Shown here: piece after piece, positions 41,735 through 51,670 of the stretch
Position numbering within the stretch: the first letter of the stretch is position 1
How the letters are laid out: each line of letters begins with the position of its first letter
DNA from: Leptonemataceae bacterium
Lineage (GTDB): Bacteria > Spirochaetota > Leptospiria > Leptospirales > Leptonemataceae
Direction: 5' to 3'
DNA length: 64,000 nt
Assembly: GCA_965227295.1 (NCBI GenBank)
Contig: OZ245742.1
Span: 3,936,001-4,000,000, forward strand
The notes under the pieces: generated by a model
Databases searched by the model: none
Seen by the model: the letters and a program-made list of their open reading frames with translations, nothing else
Told to the model about the DNA's origin: nothing
Program-made: the position numbers and the translations under genes

Positions 41735-43018
41735 ATGCAATCGCTGGCAATTATCGGCAGCGGGATTTCAGGTCTCGGCGCCGCTTATTATCTTCGCAAC
41801 GACTTTCGCATCGACGTCTTCGAGAAGAACGACTACGTCGGCGGACACACCAACACCGTTACCGTAGAAGATGCGGGGCGGCCCATGCCGGTGGACACGG
41901 GCTTCATCGTTTACAACGAAACTACGTATCCGAACCTCACGCGGCTCTTCGCCGAACTCGACGTCGCCACCCACCGTTCGGACATGTCTTTCGGCATGTT
42001 TAATCACGACACCGGCCTGCAATTCAGCGGCCAGGGATTGAACACGCTCTTCGCGCAACGCCGTAACCTCCTGCGACCGAAGTACTGGAAGTTTCTCATG
42101 CAGGCCAATCGTTTCAACAACGAAGCACCGCTGCACCTGGAGCAGGGCCTGGCCGACGCGCCGCTCTTCGATTATCTGAAAGCGCAGGGTTACGACGACT
42201 ACTTCATCTTTAACTTCATTGTGCCCATGGGCTCGGCGGTATGGTCGACACCCGTGGATCGCATGCTGGAGTTTCCGGCGGCGGCGTTGATTCGTTTTTT
42301 TCACAATCACGGTTTTCTCGGCATGAGTACGCAATTGCCGTGGCGCACGGTGACGAACGGCTCGCACTCGTACGTGCGCAAGATTCTCGATCACCTGGAC
42401 GAAGCCGGCGCGACGGTGCGCACGGGGGAAGGCGTCCTCGGCGTGCGTCGCGATCCCCGCGGCCCGGGTGTGATCGTGCGTACGAAACACGGTGAGTATG
42501 CCTGCGATCGCGTGCTCCTGGCCGTGCACGGCGACCAGGCCCTGCGCCTGCTGGAGGATCCCACGCCGGAAGAGAGCGAACTACTGGCGGCCTACAAATA
42601 CGAGGCGAACCGCGCCGTGTTGCACACGGACGAATCCGTCATGCCGCCGCTCCGCAGAATCTGGTCGTCGTGGAACTACAAGTCGCGGCAGAGCGCGGGC
42701 GGTTCCACGCAAACCGCCACGGTCTACTGGATGAATCGCCTCCAGGCGCTGCCCACCCGGACGAATTACTTTGTGTCCATCAACGATTTCGAAGACATCG
42801 ATCCGGCTAAGGTTATACGCAGCATCGATTACGAACATCCGCTGTTTTCCAGCAAGGCCATCGAATACCAGTCGCGCCTGGATGAACTGAACGCGCGCGG
42901 TCCGCTGTACTTTGCCGGCAGCTACTTTCGCTACGGATTTCACGAGGACGGCCTCATTTCCGGGCTGCGCGTGGTGGAGAAACTCAGCAGTGAACGCTTT
43001 CGTCTCCTCCCTGTATGA
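41735..43018 (+). CDS. FAD-dependent oxidoreductase (amine-oxidase fold, UfaD-like)
   Basis: IIGSGISGL, GGHTNT, VDTGFIVYN, WSSWNY, YEHP and YGFHEDG. Confidence 0.88.
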   Translation: MQSLAIIGSGISGLGAAYYLRNDFRIDVFEKNDYVGGHTNTVTVEDAGRPMPVDTGFIVYNETTYPNLTRLFAELDVATHRSDMSFGMFNHDTGLQFSGQGLNTLFAQRRNLLRPKYWKFLMQANRFNNEAPLHLEQGLADAPLFDYLKAQGYDDYFIFNFIVPMGSAVWSTPVDRMLEFPAAALIRFFHNHGFLGMSTQLPWRTVTNGSHSYVRKILDHLDEAGATVRTGEGVLGVRRDPRGPGVIVRTKHGEYACDRVLLAVHGDQALRLLEDPTPEESELLAAYKYEANRAVLHTDESVMPPLRRIWSSWNYKSRQSAGGSTQTATVYWMNRLQALPTRTNYFVSINDFEDIDPAKVIRSIDYEHPLFSSKAIEYQSRLDELNARGPLYFAGSYFRYGFHEDGLISGLRVVEKLSSERFRLLPV

Positions 43019-43898
43019 GTGCCGGGTCTTCCACCGGCGGTATGTGCGGACCGATCTGCGGTTCGTCCGGCGGATCTTTCTGTTCTGCATCGACCTGGAC
43101 GAACTTCCGGAGCTGAATCGTCGGCTCCTCTGGTTCGGCCACAACTGTCTGCGCCCGTTTTCGTTTTACGATCAGGATCACTTTGTCTGGCAGAGAGACG
43201 GTGGGTTGGGCCGCAGTACGAAAGATCGAGTCATCGAGTACCTGCATGAACGCGGTGCGGACTTTACGGTGGGGCGCGTGCTCCTCGTTACGAATCTGCG
43301 GGTATTCGGCTATGTCTTTAACCCGGTGAGCTTCTACTATTGTTACGACGAAACCGGTCGTCTGCGCGCCGTGATTTCGGAAGTGAACAATACCTACCTG
43401 GAGCAGAAACCTTTTTTGACCTGGGTGGAGACCGCGGAGGACCTGGAACTCCAGGCTGGCGGTGATATCGAACGCCGGGCTGCGAAGAACTTCTATGTTT
43501 CGCCTTTTATTCGGCATGATACCGAGTTCTATTTTAAGTTTGCCGGCCCCGGCGAACTTCTGCGCGTGCGCATCGATTCTTATCTCAAACGCCGGACGAT
43601 CCTGAAGGCGCAGATCCACGGTCGCCGCCGGGACCTGAATGATCGCAGCCTGCTGCGCATGATGTTCCGCTATCCGTTCATTACGCTGAAGGTCATCGCC
43701 TGGATTCATCTCTATGCACTAAAGCTGTATTTACGAAAGCTCTTCGTATTCGATAAAAAACAAAGTGATGAGCGCATTGTCCGGTACGGCGAGAGCGAAG
43801 GTGTCGTCTGTGACACAAATGTGCCGGCCAGGCGCGAATATTCCACCCGGGTTCGTCGTGCGCCCCGAAAAAAAGAGCGGGAGCCCGCCGGAGTTTGA
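42990..43898 (+). CDS. DUF1365-family protein (UfaO-like)
   Basis: GTG at 42990 overlaps the previous gene. Motifs VFHRR, GYVFNPVSFYYC, EVNNT, KNFYVSPF and IHLYALKL. Confidence 0.88.
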   Translation: MNAFVSSLYECRVFHRRYVRTDLRFVRRIFLFCIDLDELPELNRRLLWFGHNCLRPFSFYDQDHFVWQRDGGLGRSTKDRVIEYLHERGADFTVGRVLLVTNLRVFGYVFNPVSFYYCYDETGRLRAVISEVNNTYLEQKPFLTWVETAEDLELQAGGDIERRAAKNFYVSPFIRHDTEFYFKFAGPGELLRVRIDSYLKRRTILKAQIHGRRRDLNDRSLLRMMFRYPFITLKVIAWIHLYALKLYLRKLFVFDKKQSDERIVRYGESEGVVCDTNVPARREYSTRVRRAPRKKEREPAGV

Positions 43899-43952
43899 AT
43901 TACCTTCGAACAGAGAAAGGATTGATTATATTTTGATTGATTGGAGCATAAA

Positions 43953-45299
43953 ATGAGTTCAGCCCTGGAGACAAAAGAGGAAGTGCAAATCGAAGCACCG
44001 GTTTCCGGTACCGCGCCCCTGGGCGCCGGTCGAGGTGCCCGGCAGGCAGCGCAGCATCGCCCTGGTTTCTATGAGGGCCTGTTTTTCCGTGCGTTGCAGA
44101 ACATCGAGGACGGCGGACTGGACGTTGTCTTTCCGGACGGCCGCGTCCGCCGTATCGGCCAGGCCGACGCGGCCGAGCCGGCCGTCCTCGAAGTACGGGA
44201 ACCGGTTTCTTTTTTCCGGCACTCGGTGCTCTTCGGCGAGATAGGATTCGGCGAGGCGTATGTCGAAGGCTGGTGGGATTCCCCGGACGTGCTTGAGGTC
44301 ATGGCGTTCTTTATGCGCAACTCGGCCCAGGCACCGACCTTTTCCCGCTCGCTGATCAAGGGGCTCTTCATTGCACCGCTCGCGTTCCTGAACCGCATTG
44401 CCTATCGTCTGCGGCCGAACACGAAACACATGTCGCGCAGGAACATTTCCGAGCACTACGATCTCTCCAACGAATTTTTCCAGCTCTGGCTCGACGAAAG
44501 CATGGCCTACTCCAGCGGGGTCTTCGAGAACGAAGAGAGCACCCTGCACGAGTCTCAACTCGCGAAGTTCAAGATGATCGCGCGCAAGCTGCAATTGAAC
44601 GATACGGATCACGTCCTGGAAATCGGCTGTGGTTGGGGCGGCTTCGCGGTTTACGCCGCGAAGAACTACGGTTGCCGCGTGACCGGCGTTACGATCTCCC
44701 GGGAGCAGTACGACCTGGCCCGCGCGCGGGTAAAGGCCGAGGGCCTGGAAGACCGCATCGATATCCAGTTCTGCGACTATCGCGACATTCAAGGCCGCTA
44801 CGACAAAATCGTATCTATCGAAATGGTGGAGGCCCTGGGCTATCGATTCCTGGATACCTTCTTTCGACGCTGCAACGAACTGCTCGCCGAAGACGGCATC
44901 ATGGTGATCCAGTGCATCACCTTCCCGGATCCGTACTACCGGCGTTACATGAACTCCACCGACTTCACGAAGAAACACATCTTTCCGGGGTCGCTTCTGC
45001 TTTCGCTGCGAGAGACGATGCAGAGCCTCGGCCGTACCGGAGACCTCTGCGTCTTTAACGTGGAGAGCATCGGCCGACACTACGCGCGCACGCTCCGCGA
45101 GTGGCGCCGTAATTTCGAGGCCGCCCTCGATGACGTACGGGCCCTGGGCTTCGACGATCGCTTCATTCGCAAGTGGCGTTACTATCTGCTCTTCTGCGAG
45201 TGCGGCTTCGGTCACAACTACATCAACGATTTACAGATTCAGTTCGCCCGGCCGCAGAATCTGAAACTACGCAATTATGTTCACATTCCTCGCTCGTGA
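43953..45299 (+). CDS. cfa: cyclopropane-fatty-acyl-phospholipid synthase family methyltransferase (UfaM-like)
   Basis: GFGEAYVEG, NISEHYDLSNEFF, MAYSS, VLEIGCGWGG, SIEMVEA and HIFPG. Confidence 0.9.
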   Translation: MSSALETKEEVQIEAPVSGTAPLGAGRGARQAAQHRPGFYEGLFFRALQNIEDGGLDVVFPDGRVRRIGQADAAEPAVLEVREPVSFFRHSVLFGEIGFGEAYVEGWWDSPDVLEVMAFFMRNSAQAPTFSRSLIKGLFIAPLAFLNRIAYRLRPNTKHMSRRNISEHYDLSNEFFQLWLDESMAYSSGVFENEESTLHESQLAKFKMIARKLQLNDTDHVLEIGCGWGGFAVYAAKNYGCRVTGVTISREQYDLARARVKAEGLEDRIDIQFCDYRDIQGRYDKIVSIEMVEALGYRFLDTFFRRCNELLAEDGIMVIQCITFPDPYYRRYMNSTDFTKKHIFPGSLLLSLRETMQSLGRTGDLCVFNVESIGRHYARTLREWRRNFEAALDDVRALGFDDRFIRKWRYYLLFCECGFGHNYINDLQIQFARPQNLKLRNYVHIPRS

Positions 45300-45322
45300 G
45301 CGGGGAATTACTGGAGGCTACC

Positions 45323-46093
45323 ATGAACACGAACACAAACCGCAAACGCATCCTGATCGTGGCCGTGCTTGTGCTGGGTATTGTCGCATTCAGCGCGCCC
45401 GCGTCGGCAATCACCGACAACGGCGTGGTTCGCTATCGCGGCAACGCTTATGATCTCGACACGGGCAAGTTCATCTACTCCGAAAACCATGCGGAGCACT
45501 GGTCGAACGGGAAACACATCTACTCCGTCGTGACCTATCGGGACGCGTCCGGCAAGGCGATCGCGCGCAAGCGTATTACGTTTACCGAGAATCCGGTCCA
45601 GCCCACGTTTGAGATGAAAGATCTGCGCGACGGCTATGTCGAGGGGGCGAAACGGCTGAGCTCCGACCGATACCGGTTCTACAAAAAATCCAGTGAGAGC
45701 GCGCAGTTGCAGGAAGGCGTGGTGCAGGCGTCGCGACCGGCGGTGATCGACGGCGGTTTCGACTATTACATTCGCCGCAATTTCGACAGCCTGGCCGCGG
45801 GCAAAGCACATACGGTCAATTTCGCGGTGCCGGCCCGCCTTGCGTATTACAGCTTCCGTGTTTCGAAGGTTAAGGACCTGACAATCGGCGATCGTTCGGC
45901 GGTTATGTTTCAATTCGCACCGCAAAATTTTATTCTGCGGCAGTTGGTGAAGCCGCTCTACGTCAGCTACGATCGCGAGACGAAGCGCCTGCTGGTCTAT
46001 TCCGGTTACACGAATATCGATGACGGATCCGGAAGCAGTAACTATGAGGCGCGTATTGTTTTTGATTATCCGGCGGCGATAGCCGGCCGGTGA
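45323..46093 (+). CDS. secreted hypothetical protein
   Basis: GGAGG RBS, ATG at 45323 and signal peptide ending APASA. Last gene before a terminator. Confidence 0.75.
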   Translation: MNTNTNRKRILIVAVLVLGIVAFSAPASAITDNGVVRYRGNAYDLDTGKFIYSENHAEHWSNGKHIYSVVTYRDASGKAIARKRITFTENPVQPTFEMKDLRDGYVEGAKRLSSDRYRFYKKSSESAQLQEGVVQASRPAVIDGGFDYYIRRNFDSLAAGKAHTVNFAVPARLAYYSFRVSKVKDLTIGDRSAVMFQFAPQNFILRQLVKPLYVSYDRETKRLLVYSGYTNIDDGSGSSNYEARIVFDYPAAIAGR

Positions 46094-46111
46094 AAGTGTG
46101 CTGAGTGTAAA

Positions 46112-46149
46112 CGGCGCGCTCGTTTTCGGGCGAGCGCGCCGCTTTTTTT
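46112..46149 (+). terminator. intrinsic terminator
   Basis: CGGCGCGCTCG-ttttcggg-CGAGCGCGCCG followed by cTTTTTTT. Confidence 0.85.
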
Positions 46150-46744
46150 ATTCTTCGAACAACTTCCGATAACTGCCGTAACCGGCCTTCTCCAGGTCCT
46201 CTCTTCCGATAAAGCGCAACGAAGCCGAGTTGATGCAGTAGCGCAGATACGTCGGCGGCGGTCCGTCTTCGAATACGTGACCCAGGTGCGAGTCCGCGTG
46301 CTTGCTGCGCACTTCCACGCGAACCATGCCGTGGGACGTATCGGTCTTGCTTACGACATTGTCCGCTTCCAGGGGCGTGTAGAAACTCGGCCAGCCCGTG
46401 CCCGATTTGTACTTGTGCGTGGAGCTGAACAACGGCTCGCCGGAGACGATGTCGACGTAGATGCCTTCTTTTTTGTTGTCCCAGTACTCGTTCTGGAAGG
46501 GACGCTCGGTGCCGTCTTCCTGGGTGACGTAGTACTGTACGGAGCTGAGTCGTTGCTTCAGGGTTTCCTTTGAAGGTTTTTGAAACGAATCCGGGGAAAA
46601 GCCTGAGCCCGCCGCGGCAAGGGGGGCAACCGGAGTCGGATTCGATTCGGCGGCCTCATCCGGAGCGCCGTCGGCACGGCCGCAGCCGGAAAGAAGCACT
46701 GCGACCACGGCCGAAGCTGCGAAGAAGAGCGAGGAGTACATCAT
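46148..46744 (-). CDS. msrB: peptide methionine-R-sulfoxide reductase, with putative lipoprotein signal
   Basis: [25 protein letters not shown] and RYCINSASL. Lipobox LLSGC. Confidence 0.95.
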   Translation of the reverse strand: MMYSSLFFAASAVVAVLLSGCGRADGAPDEAAESNPTPVAPLAAAGSGFSPDSFQKPSKETLKQRLSSVQYYVTQEDGTERPFQNEYWDNKKEGIYVDIVSGEPLFSSTHKYKSGTGWPSFYTPLEADNVVSKTDTSHGMVRVEVRSKHADSHLGHVFEDGPPPTYLRYCINSASLRFIGREDLEKAGYGSYRKLFEE

Positions 46745-46810
46745 AAGAGATGAGAAACCCGGAACGCCCGTGGGTTACAGGATCATGGGGCCCGGCAAAG
46801 GATCGAAAAC

Positions 46811-46849
46811 AAAAAAGCCGGCGTCGCAATTCCCGCGAACGCCGGCTTT
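46811..46849 (-). terminator. intrinsic terminator downstream of nrdJ
   Basis: AAAAAAGCCGGCGT...ACGCCGGCTTT hairpin with a T-tract on the minus strand. Confidence 0.8.
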
Positions 46850-46872
46850 ATTGTTGTGAAAGCGGCCGTAAT

Positions 46873-49800
46873 TCAGCTACAGCCGGTCGTTGAGCCGCAG
46901 CTCATGCACTTGAGGCAGCTTCCATTGCGGATGAGGGTGAACTGCTGGCATTCCGGGCAGGGATCGCCTTCGTAGCCTTTCATCTTCGCAATTTCCACGG
47001 TCTCTTTCTGAGTGGTCTGCAGCGTCGTGGTGACGGACACGCCCGGCGCGCCGTCTCCGATGAGTGCACCGGCGGCAAAGTCGCCGGCATCGCCGATGTC
47101 CGGCATCCAGGAGAGCCGACCCTCGGCATCGCGCTGTCCCAGACTCGTCTCACTCAGCTCGTCCATCTCCGCGTCCGAAGCGCTGAGTCCTTCGAGTGCC
47201 TGGTCCGTGTCGCGGACACCGCGCAGGCCCACGGGATTCGACGACTCGTCCGAAGGCCCGCGGACCACGTCGCCCCGGAGATCCTCCGGTTGAACCTGCG
47301 CCAGGTCCGTGCGACCGAGATACGTGATGGCCAGTTCCCGGAAGACATAGTCGATGATCGACGTGGACATTTTGATGTGCGGGTTGCCCTGGACCATGCC
47401 GTTGGGTTCGAAGCGCGTAAAGCAGAACGCGTCCACGAATTCCTCAAGGGGCACGCCGTACTGAAGACCCAGGGACACGGCGATAGCGAAGGAGTTCATG
47501 AGCGATCGGAAGGCCGCGCCTTCTTTGTGCATGTCCAGGAACATCTCGCCCAGGCGTCCGTCTTCATACTCGCCGGTGCGCAGGTAGATCTTATGACCGC
47601 CGACGACGGCCTTTTGTGTATAGCCGGCGCGACGATCGGGGAGGCGGTTGCGTTTCGCCATGTAGCGATACACGAGCTTCTCCGTGGTTTTTTCGATCAG
47701 CGACTGCGCATCCTGTTGTTGCACGGCGCTTTCGGCAGCCACGGTGTCGTCCGCCGCATCTTCCTCTTCGTCCTCGTCCACCTGGATGTTCAGCGGCTGG
47801 GACAGCTTGCTGCCGTCGCGATACAGGGCCACAGCCTTGTTCATTACTTTCCAGGCAAGCTCGTACGCTTCTTTGACCTCGGAAATCGCCGCTTCGCCCG
47901 GCATGTTGATGGTTTTCGAGATCGCGCCCGAAAGGAACGGCTGCGCCGCGGCCATCATGCGGATGTGCGAATCCCACTTGAGGAAACGTTTGCCGTAGCG
48001 ACCGCAGCGGTTCGCGCAATCGAAGACGGACAGGTGTTCTTCTTTAAGATGCGGTGCACCTTCCACGGTCATGGTGCCGCAGACATAGTCGCCGGCCGCA
48101 CGGATGTCTTCTTTTGCGAAGCCGAGTGCCTCCAGCAGATTGAATTCCAGCGAGTCGATCTCATCGCCCAGTTTCAACGTACCGCGAAGGAACTCTTCGC
48201 CGATCGTGAACTTGTTGAACACGAACCCCAGATCGAACGCCGTCGACAGCGAACCTTCGATGCGCTCCAGGACTTCGTCGGTGAAGCCTTTGGCCTTGAG
48301 GCTCTCATGGTTTACAACGGGCGCGCCTTTGAGCGTACCGTGACCCACGGCGTATTTCACGATGCCGGTGATCTCGGTATCGTTATAGCCGAGTTTCTTC
48401 AGAGCCGGCGGGATGCACTGGTTGATGATCTTGAAGTAACCACCGCCGGCGAGCTTCTTGAACTTCACCAGCGCGAAGTCCGGCTCAATCCCGGTGGTAT
48501 CGCAGTCCATCACGAGACCGATGGTACCCGTCGGTGCGAGCACCGTTACCTGAGCGTTGCGGTAGCCGTGCTGTTCGCCCATGGCGAGCGCGCGATCGGC
48601 CTCTTCCCGGGCTGCTTTGAGCAGATAGTCCGGGCAGTGTTCCGGGTCGATACCGAGCGGAGTAACGGTGAGCCCTTCGTACTCTGATGCCTCACTGTTG
48701 TAGGCCGCGCGGCGGTGGTTACGGATGACCCGCAGCATGGCGTCTCTGTTGCCCGGGAAATTCGGGAACGTGCCCAGGCGTTCAGCCATCTCGGCGCTTG
48801 TGGCGTAGGCGTTCATGTGCATGATCGCCGTGAGCGCGCCGCAGAGGGCCCGGCCTTCGTCGGAGTCGTACGGAATGCCGAGGACCATGAGCAGCGAGCC
48901 CAGGTTCGCGTAGCCGAGGCCGAGCGTCCGGAATTCGTACGACAACTGCGCGATCTTTGCCGACGGATACTGCGCCATCGTTACCGAGATTTCCAGGACC
49001 ATGGTGAGGATGCGCGTGGTATGTCGGTAGCCCAGGTCGTCGAACTCGCCGGTTTCCTGGTTCAGAAACTTCAGCAGGTTCATGGACGCTAAGTTGCACG
49101 CCGTGTCATCTAAGAACATGTACTCGGAGCACGGGTTGGACGCGTTGATGCGTCCGTCGGTGGGACAGGTATGCCATTCGTTGATGGTGGTGTCGAATTG
49201 CACGCCCGGATCGGCGGACGACCAGGCGGCGTAGGCGATCTGATCCCAGAGTTCCCGCGCCTTTACAGTGCGATGTGCTTTCGGTTCACGACCCTCGGCC
49301 TCGGCATCCTCACGCTCGGTGCGCCAGTAGAGATTCCAGTCCCCGTCATTCTCCACGGCGTCCATGAAGCCGTTGGTGATGCGCACGGAGTTGTTGGAGT
49401 TCTGTCCGGAGACGGAGAGATACGCCTTCGACTGCCAGTCCGTGGTGAGCTCTTCGAAGAGGATCGAAGTGTGACCCTGCTTCGCGAGCTCCAGCACGCG
49501 ATGGATGTAGTTGTCCGGAATCATGACGGCGCGGGCTTCTTTGACAGCGGCCTTGAGTTCCGGATTCTTATTAATGGTAAACTTCGTCTCGGGATCGGTG
49601 CCGGCGTGGGCCGCGGCCATGATGGCGTTCAGGTGACGATTGGCCAGCTTCGAACCGGCCACCAGTGCCACGACCTTCTGCTCTTCCACGGCCTTCCAGT
49701 TGATGAACTCCTCGATGTCCGGGTGGTCCATGTCGAGGCAGACCATTTTCGCGGCGCGGCGGGTGGTGCCGCCGGACTTGATGGCCCCGGCCGCGCGGTC

Positions 49801-50625
49801 GCCGATCTTCAGGAACGACATGAGGCCGGAGGAACGGCCGCCGCCGGAGAGGGGCTCGCCCTCGGCGCGCAGGTTCGCGAAGTTCGTGCCCGTGCCGGAG
49901 CCGTACTTAAAGAGCCGCGCTTCCCGGAGCCACAGGTCCATGATGCCGCCTTCGTTTACCAGGTCATCGTTGATGGACTGAATAAAGCAGGCGTGGGGCT
50001 GCGGGTGTTCGTACGCGGAGGAAGAGCGCGTGAGTTCGCCGGTTACCGGGTCGACGTAGTAATGTCCCTGACCGGCGCCGTCGATGCCGTAGGCCCAGTG
50101 CAGGCCGGTGTTGAACCACTGCGGGGAGTTCGGTGCGGCGGTCTGGCTTGCGAGCACGTAGAGCAACTCGTCGTAGAACGCGCGGGCATCTTCCTCGCTC
50201 GTGAAGTAGTTGTGTTTGTAGCCCCAGTAGGTCCAGCAACCGGCCAAACGATGGAAGACCTGCTTCGCCGAGACCTCACCGGTGGTCCGGTCGTCCGGGG
50301 GCAGGGCGTTCAGCGCTTCGTGATCCGGCTGATGGCGCCACAGCCACTGCGGTACGCCGTCCTCGGGCACGGCCTTGATGCGTGCGGGGACGCCGGCCTT
50401 GCGGAAATACTTTTGGGCGAGGATATCGGTGGCCACCTGGGACCAGCCTTTGGGAACCTCGACGTCATTGGCTTCGAAGACCACCGTGCCGTCCGGATTC
50501 ACGATCCGGCTGACGCGATGCGTCCATTCGAAGCCCTCCCAGACCGCAGTCTGTTCGTGCGGCGCGCCGTCCGGATCGAGCGTCCAGTTCGCGGCGTGCG
50601 AAGTGTGGTAGCGTTTAACGAGCAT
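46873..50625 (-). CDS. nrdJ: class II (adenosylcobalamin-dependent) ribonucleotide reductase
   Basis: [33 protein letters not shown], a TSCPD-like domain and C-terminal CPEC...[11 protein letters not shown]. Confidence 0.97.
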   Translation of the reverse strand: MLVKRYHTSHAANWTLDPDGAPHEQTAVWEGFEWTHRVSRIVNPDGTVVFEANDVEVPKGWSQVATDILAQKYFRKAGVPARIKAVPEDGVPQWLWRHQPDHEALNALPPDDRTTGEVSAKQVFHRLAGCWTYWGYKHNYFTSEEDARAFYDELLYVLASQTAAPNSPQWFNTGLHWAYGIDGAGQGHYYVDPVTGELTRSSSAYEHPQPHACFIQSINDDLVNEGGIMDLWLREARLFKYGSGTGTNFANLRAEGEPLSGGGRSSGLMSFLKIGDRAAGAIKSGGTTRRAAKMVCLDMDHPDIEEFINWKAVEEQKVVALVAGSKLANRHLNAIMAAAHAGTDPETKFTINKNPELKAAVKEARAVMIPDNYIHRVLELAKQGHTSILFEELTTDWQSKAYLSVSGQNSNNSVRITNGFMDAVENDGDWNLYWRTEREDAEAEGREPKAHRTVKARELWDQIAYAAWSSADPGVQFDTTINEWHTCPTDGRINASNPCSEYMFLDDTACNLASMNLLKFLNQETGEFDDLGYRHTTRILTMVLEISVTMAQYPSAKIAQLSYEFRTLGLGYANLGSLLMVLGIPYDSDEGRALCGALTAIMHMNAYATSAEMAERLGTFPNFPGNRDAMLRVIRNHRRAAYNSEASEYEGLTVTPLGIDPEHCPDYLLKAAREEADRALAMGEQHGYRNAQVTVLAPTGTIGLVMDCDTTGIEPDFALVKFKKLAGGGYFKIINQCIPPALKKLGYNDTEITGIVKYAVGHGTLKGAPVVNHESLKAKGFTDEVLERIEGSLSTAFDLGFVFNKFTIGEEFLRGTLKLGDEIDSLEFNLLEALGFAKEDIRAAGDYVCGTMTVEGAPHLKEEHLSVFDCANRCGRYGKRFLKWDSHIRMMAAAQPFLSGAISKTINMPGEAAISEVKEAYELAWKVMNKAVALYRDGSKLSQPLNIQVDEDEEEDAADDTVAAESAVQQQDAQSLIEKTTEKLVYRYMAKRNRLPDRRAGYTQKAVVGGHKIYLRTGEYEDGRLGEMFLDMHKEGAAFRSLMNSFAIAVSLGLQYGVPLEEFVDAFCFTRFEPNGMVQGNPHIKMSTSIIDYVFRELAITYLGRTDLAQVQPEDLRGDVVRGPSDESSNPVGLRGVRDTDQALEGLSASDAEMDELSETSLGQRDAEGRLSWMPDIGDAGDFAAGALIGDGAPGVSVTTTLQTTQKETVEIAKMKGYEGDPCPECQQFTLIRNGSCLKCMSCGSTTGCS

Positions 50626-51252
50626 GTCTTCCTCCGAATTCTTGTGCGGCCCCGCTACGAGTCAAGGAATTACCCGTCAAATATTCAGGTAACACTTGCT
50701 TATGACGCTCCCGGGCTCAATCGGGATACGCCGTTTCTTTGTTCTTATTTCGTGAATGTTTCCGCTGTACGCGGGGTGGTGTGACGTCGATCAAACCAGC
50801 TTAAATGAAAGCATTATGTCGCATTTTTAAGCAATGGCCGGTTTGGTCTTATGTCACATTCAGTTCCAGTTAAAGCACCTTGCCTTGCATTCGGTCAAAT
50901 CCTTTTGACTGATTTCCCCTGGAGTCGTCGCAAAAAAGTTTACACTTTCCTGGCCCACGCCGGGTCCCGATCTACACCCCGCCGCTCCCGGAATTATGTC
51001 CCGTAAGCGGGGGGAGAGATTTGGGCCTTCGTTAGAAAACTGTCAACAGGAAACCGTGAAAATCGCCCGGGGAAGGAAAAAAATTATGTCACGCTTTTTC
51101 CTCATAATAATGCACCACCGGGGCACCGAGGACACGGAGAAGACAATGTCACAGGAGGTAGAGAGGTAGAGAGCTTTTTGGATTGGGCTGGTTTGTTATG
51201 AATGTTTGCGACTCTTCGCGCAAGGGATTGGAAGGGTCGCGCGTTAGCGCGA

Positions 51253-51607
51253 GGGGCTGACCAAAAAGGTCCTGGATACGGACTCGACGAACGGATCCTG
51301 GAAAAAGGCGACGGCCGGTTGAGACTCTGTGCATGTCAGATCCGCACGCAGACGAACTTTTCCCTGAAACGACCGAATTGAGCGGTGCCTCGCGGAAGCC
51401 CAGGGCGCAGAAGTTCAAGCCGTATGTTCAAAACGAGAGTTATCTTTTCCCGCCGAGTACGGAAGATTACGTGGAGCCGGGGCATCTCGCGCGGATCGTC
51501 AGCGAGGTTTAAAAGAATGAGCTGCGAACGGAGCCAGGGGGAGCGGAGCTCCCCCCAATAAAATGAATGCCCGATCTTTCCTGACAGGCCACTTATTGGT
51601 CAGCCCC
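51253..51607 (+). mobile_element. internally deleted IS1182-family element (355 bp)
   Basis: Terminal IRs GGGGCTGACCAAAAAG (51253-51268) and CTTATTGGTCAGCCCC (51592-51607), 15/16 complementary, enclosing a transposase N-terminal fragment. Confidence 0.8.
51333..51512 (+). pseudogene. truncated IS1182-family transposase (59 aa)
   Basis: MSDPHADELFPETTELSGASRKPRAQKFKPYVQNESYLFPPSTEDYVEPGHLARIVSEV*. The FKPY.Q....L.PPS..D.....H..R.V..V pattern is typical of IS1182 N-termini. Shorter than any ORF in the supplied track. Confidence 0.8.
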
Positions 51608-51670
51608 GCTACACTCGCGGCGATGCGCCCAAAAACAAACTACCTCACAATCTTCAGGCCGTCCACTAAC

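Larger units (their letters stand above)
51211..51635 (+). repeat. multi-hairpin REP-like element copy 3, interrupted by an IS remnant
   Basis: 51211-51252 matches 22281-22322 (ACTCTT.GCGC.AGGGAT.GGAAGGGTCGCGCGT(T)AGCGCGA). The family end GCGCCCAAAAA reappears at 51625-51635 after the IS. Confidence 0.7.

Noticed and set aside
46873..50625. Intein or intron in nrdJ
   Set aside because: The ORF is continuous, catalytic motifs are uninterrupted, and no splice-junction or homing endonuclease motifs were seen.
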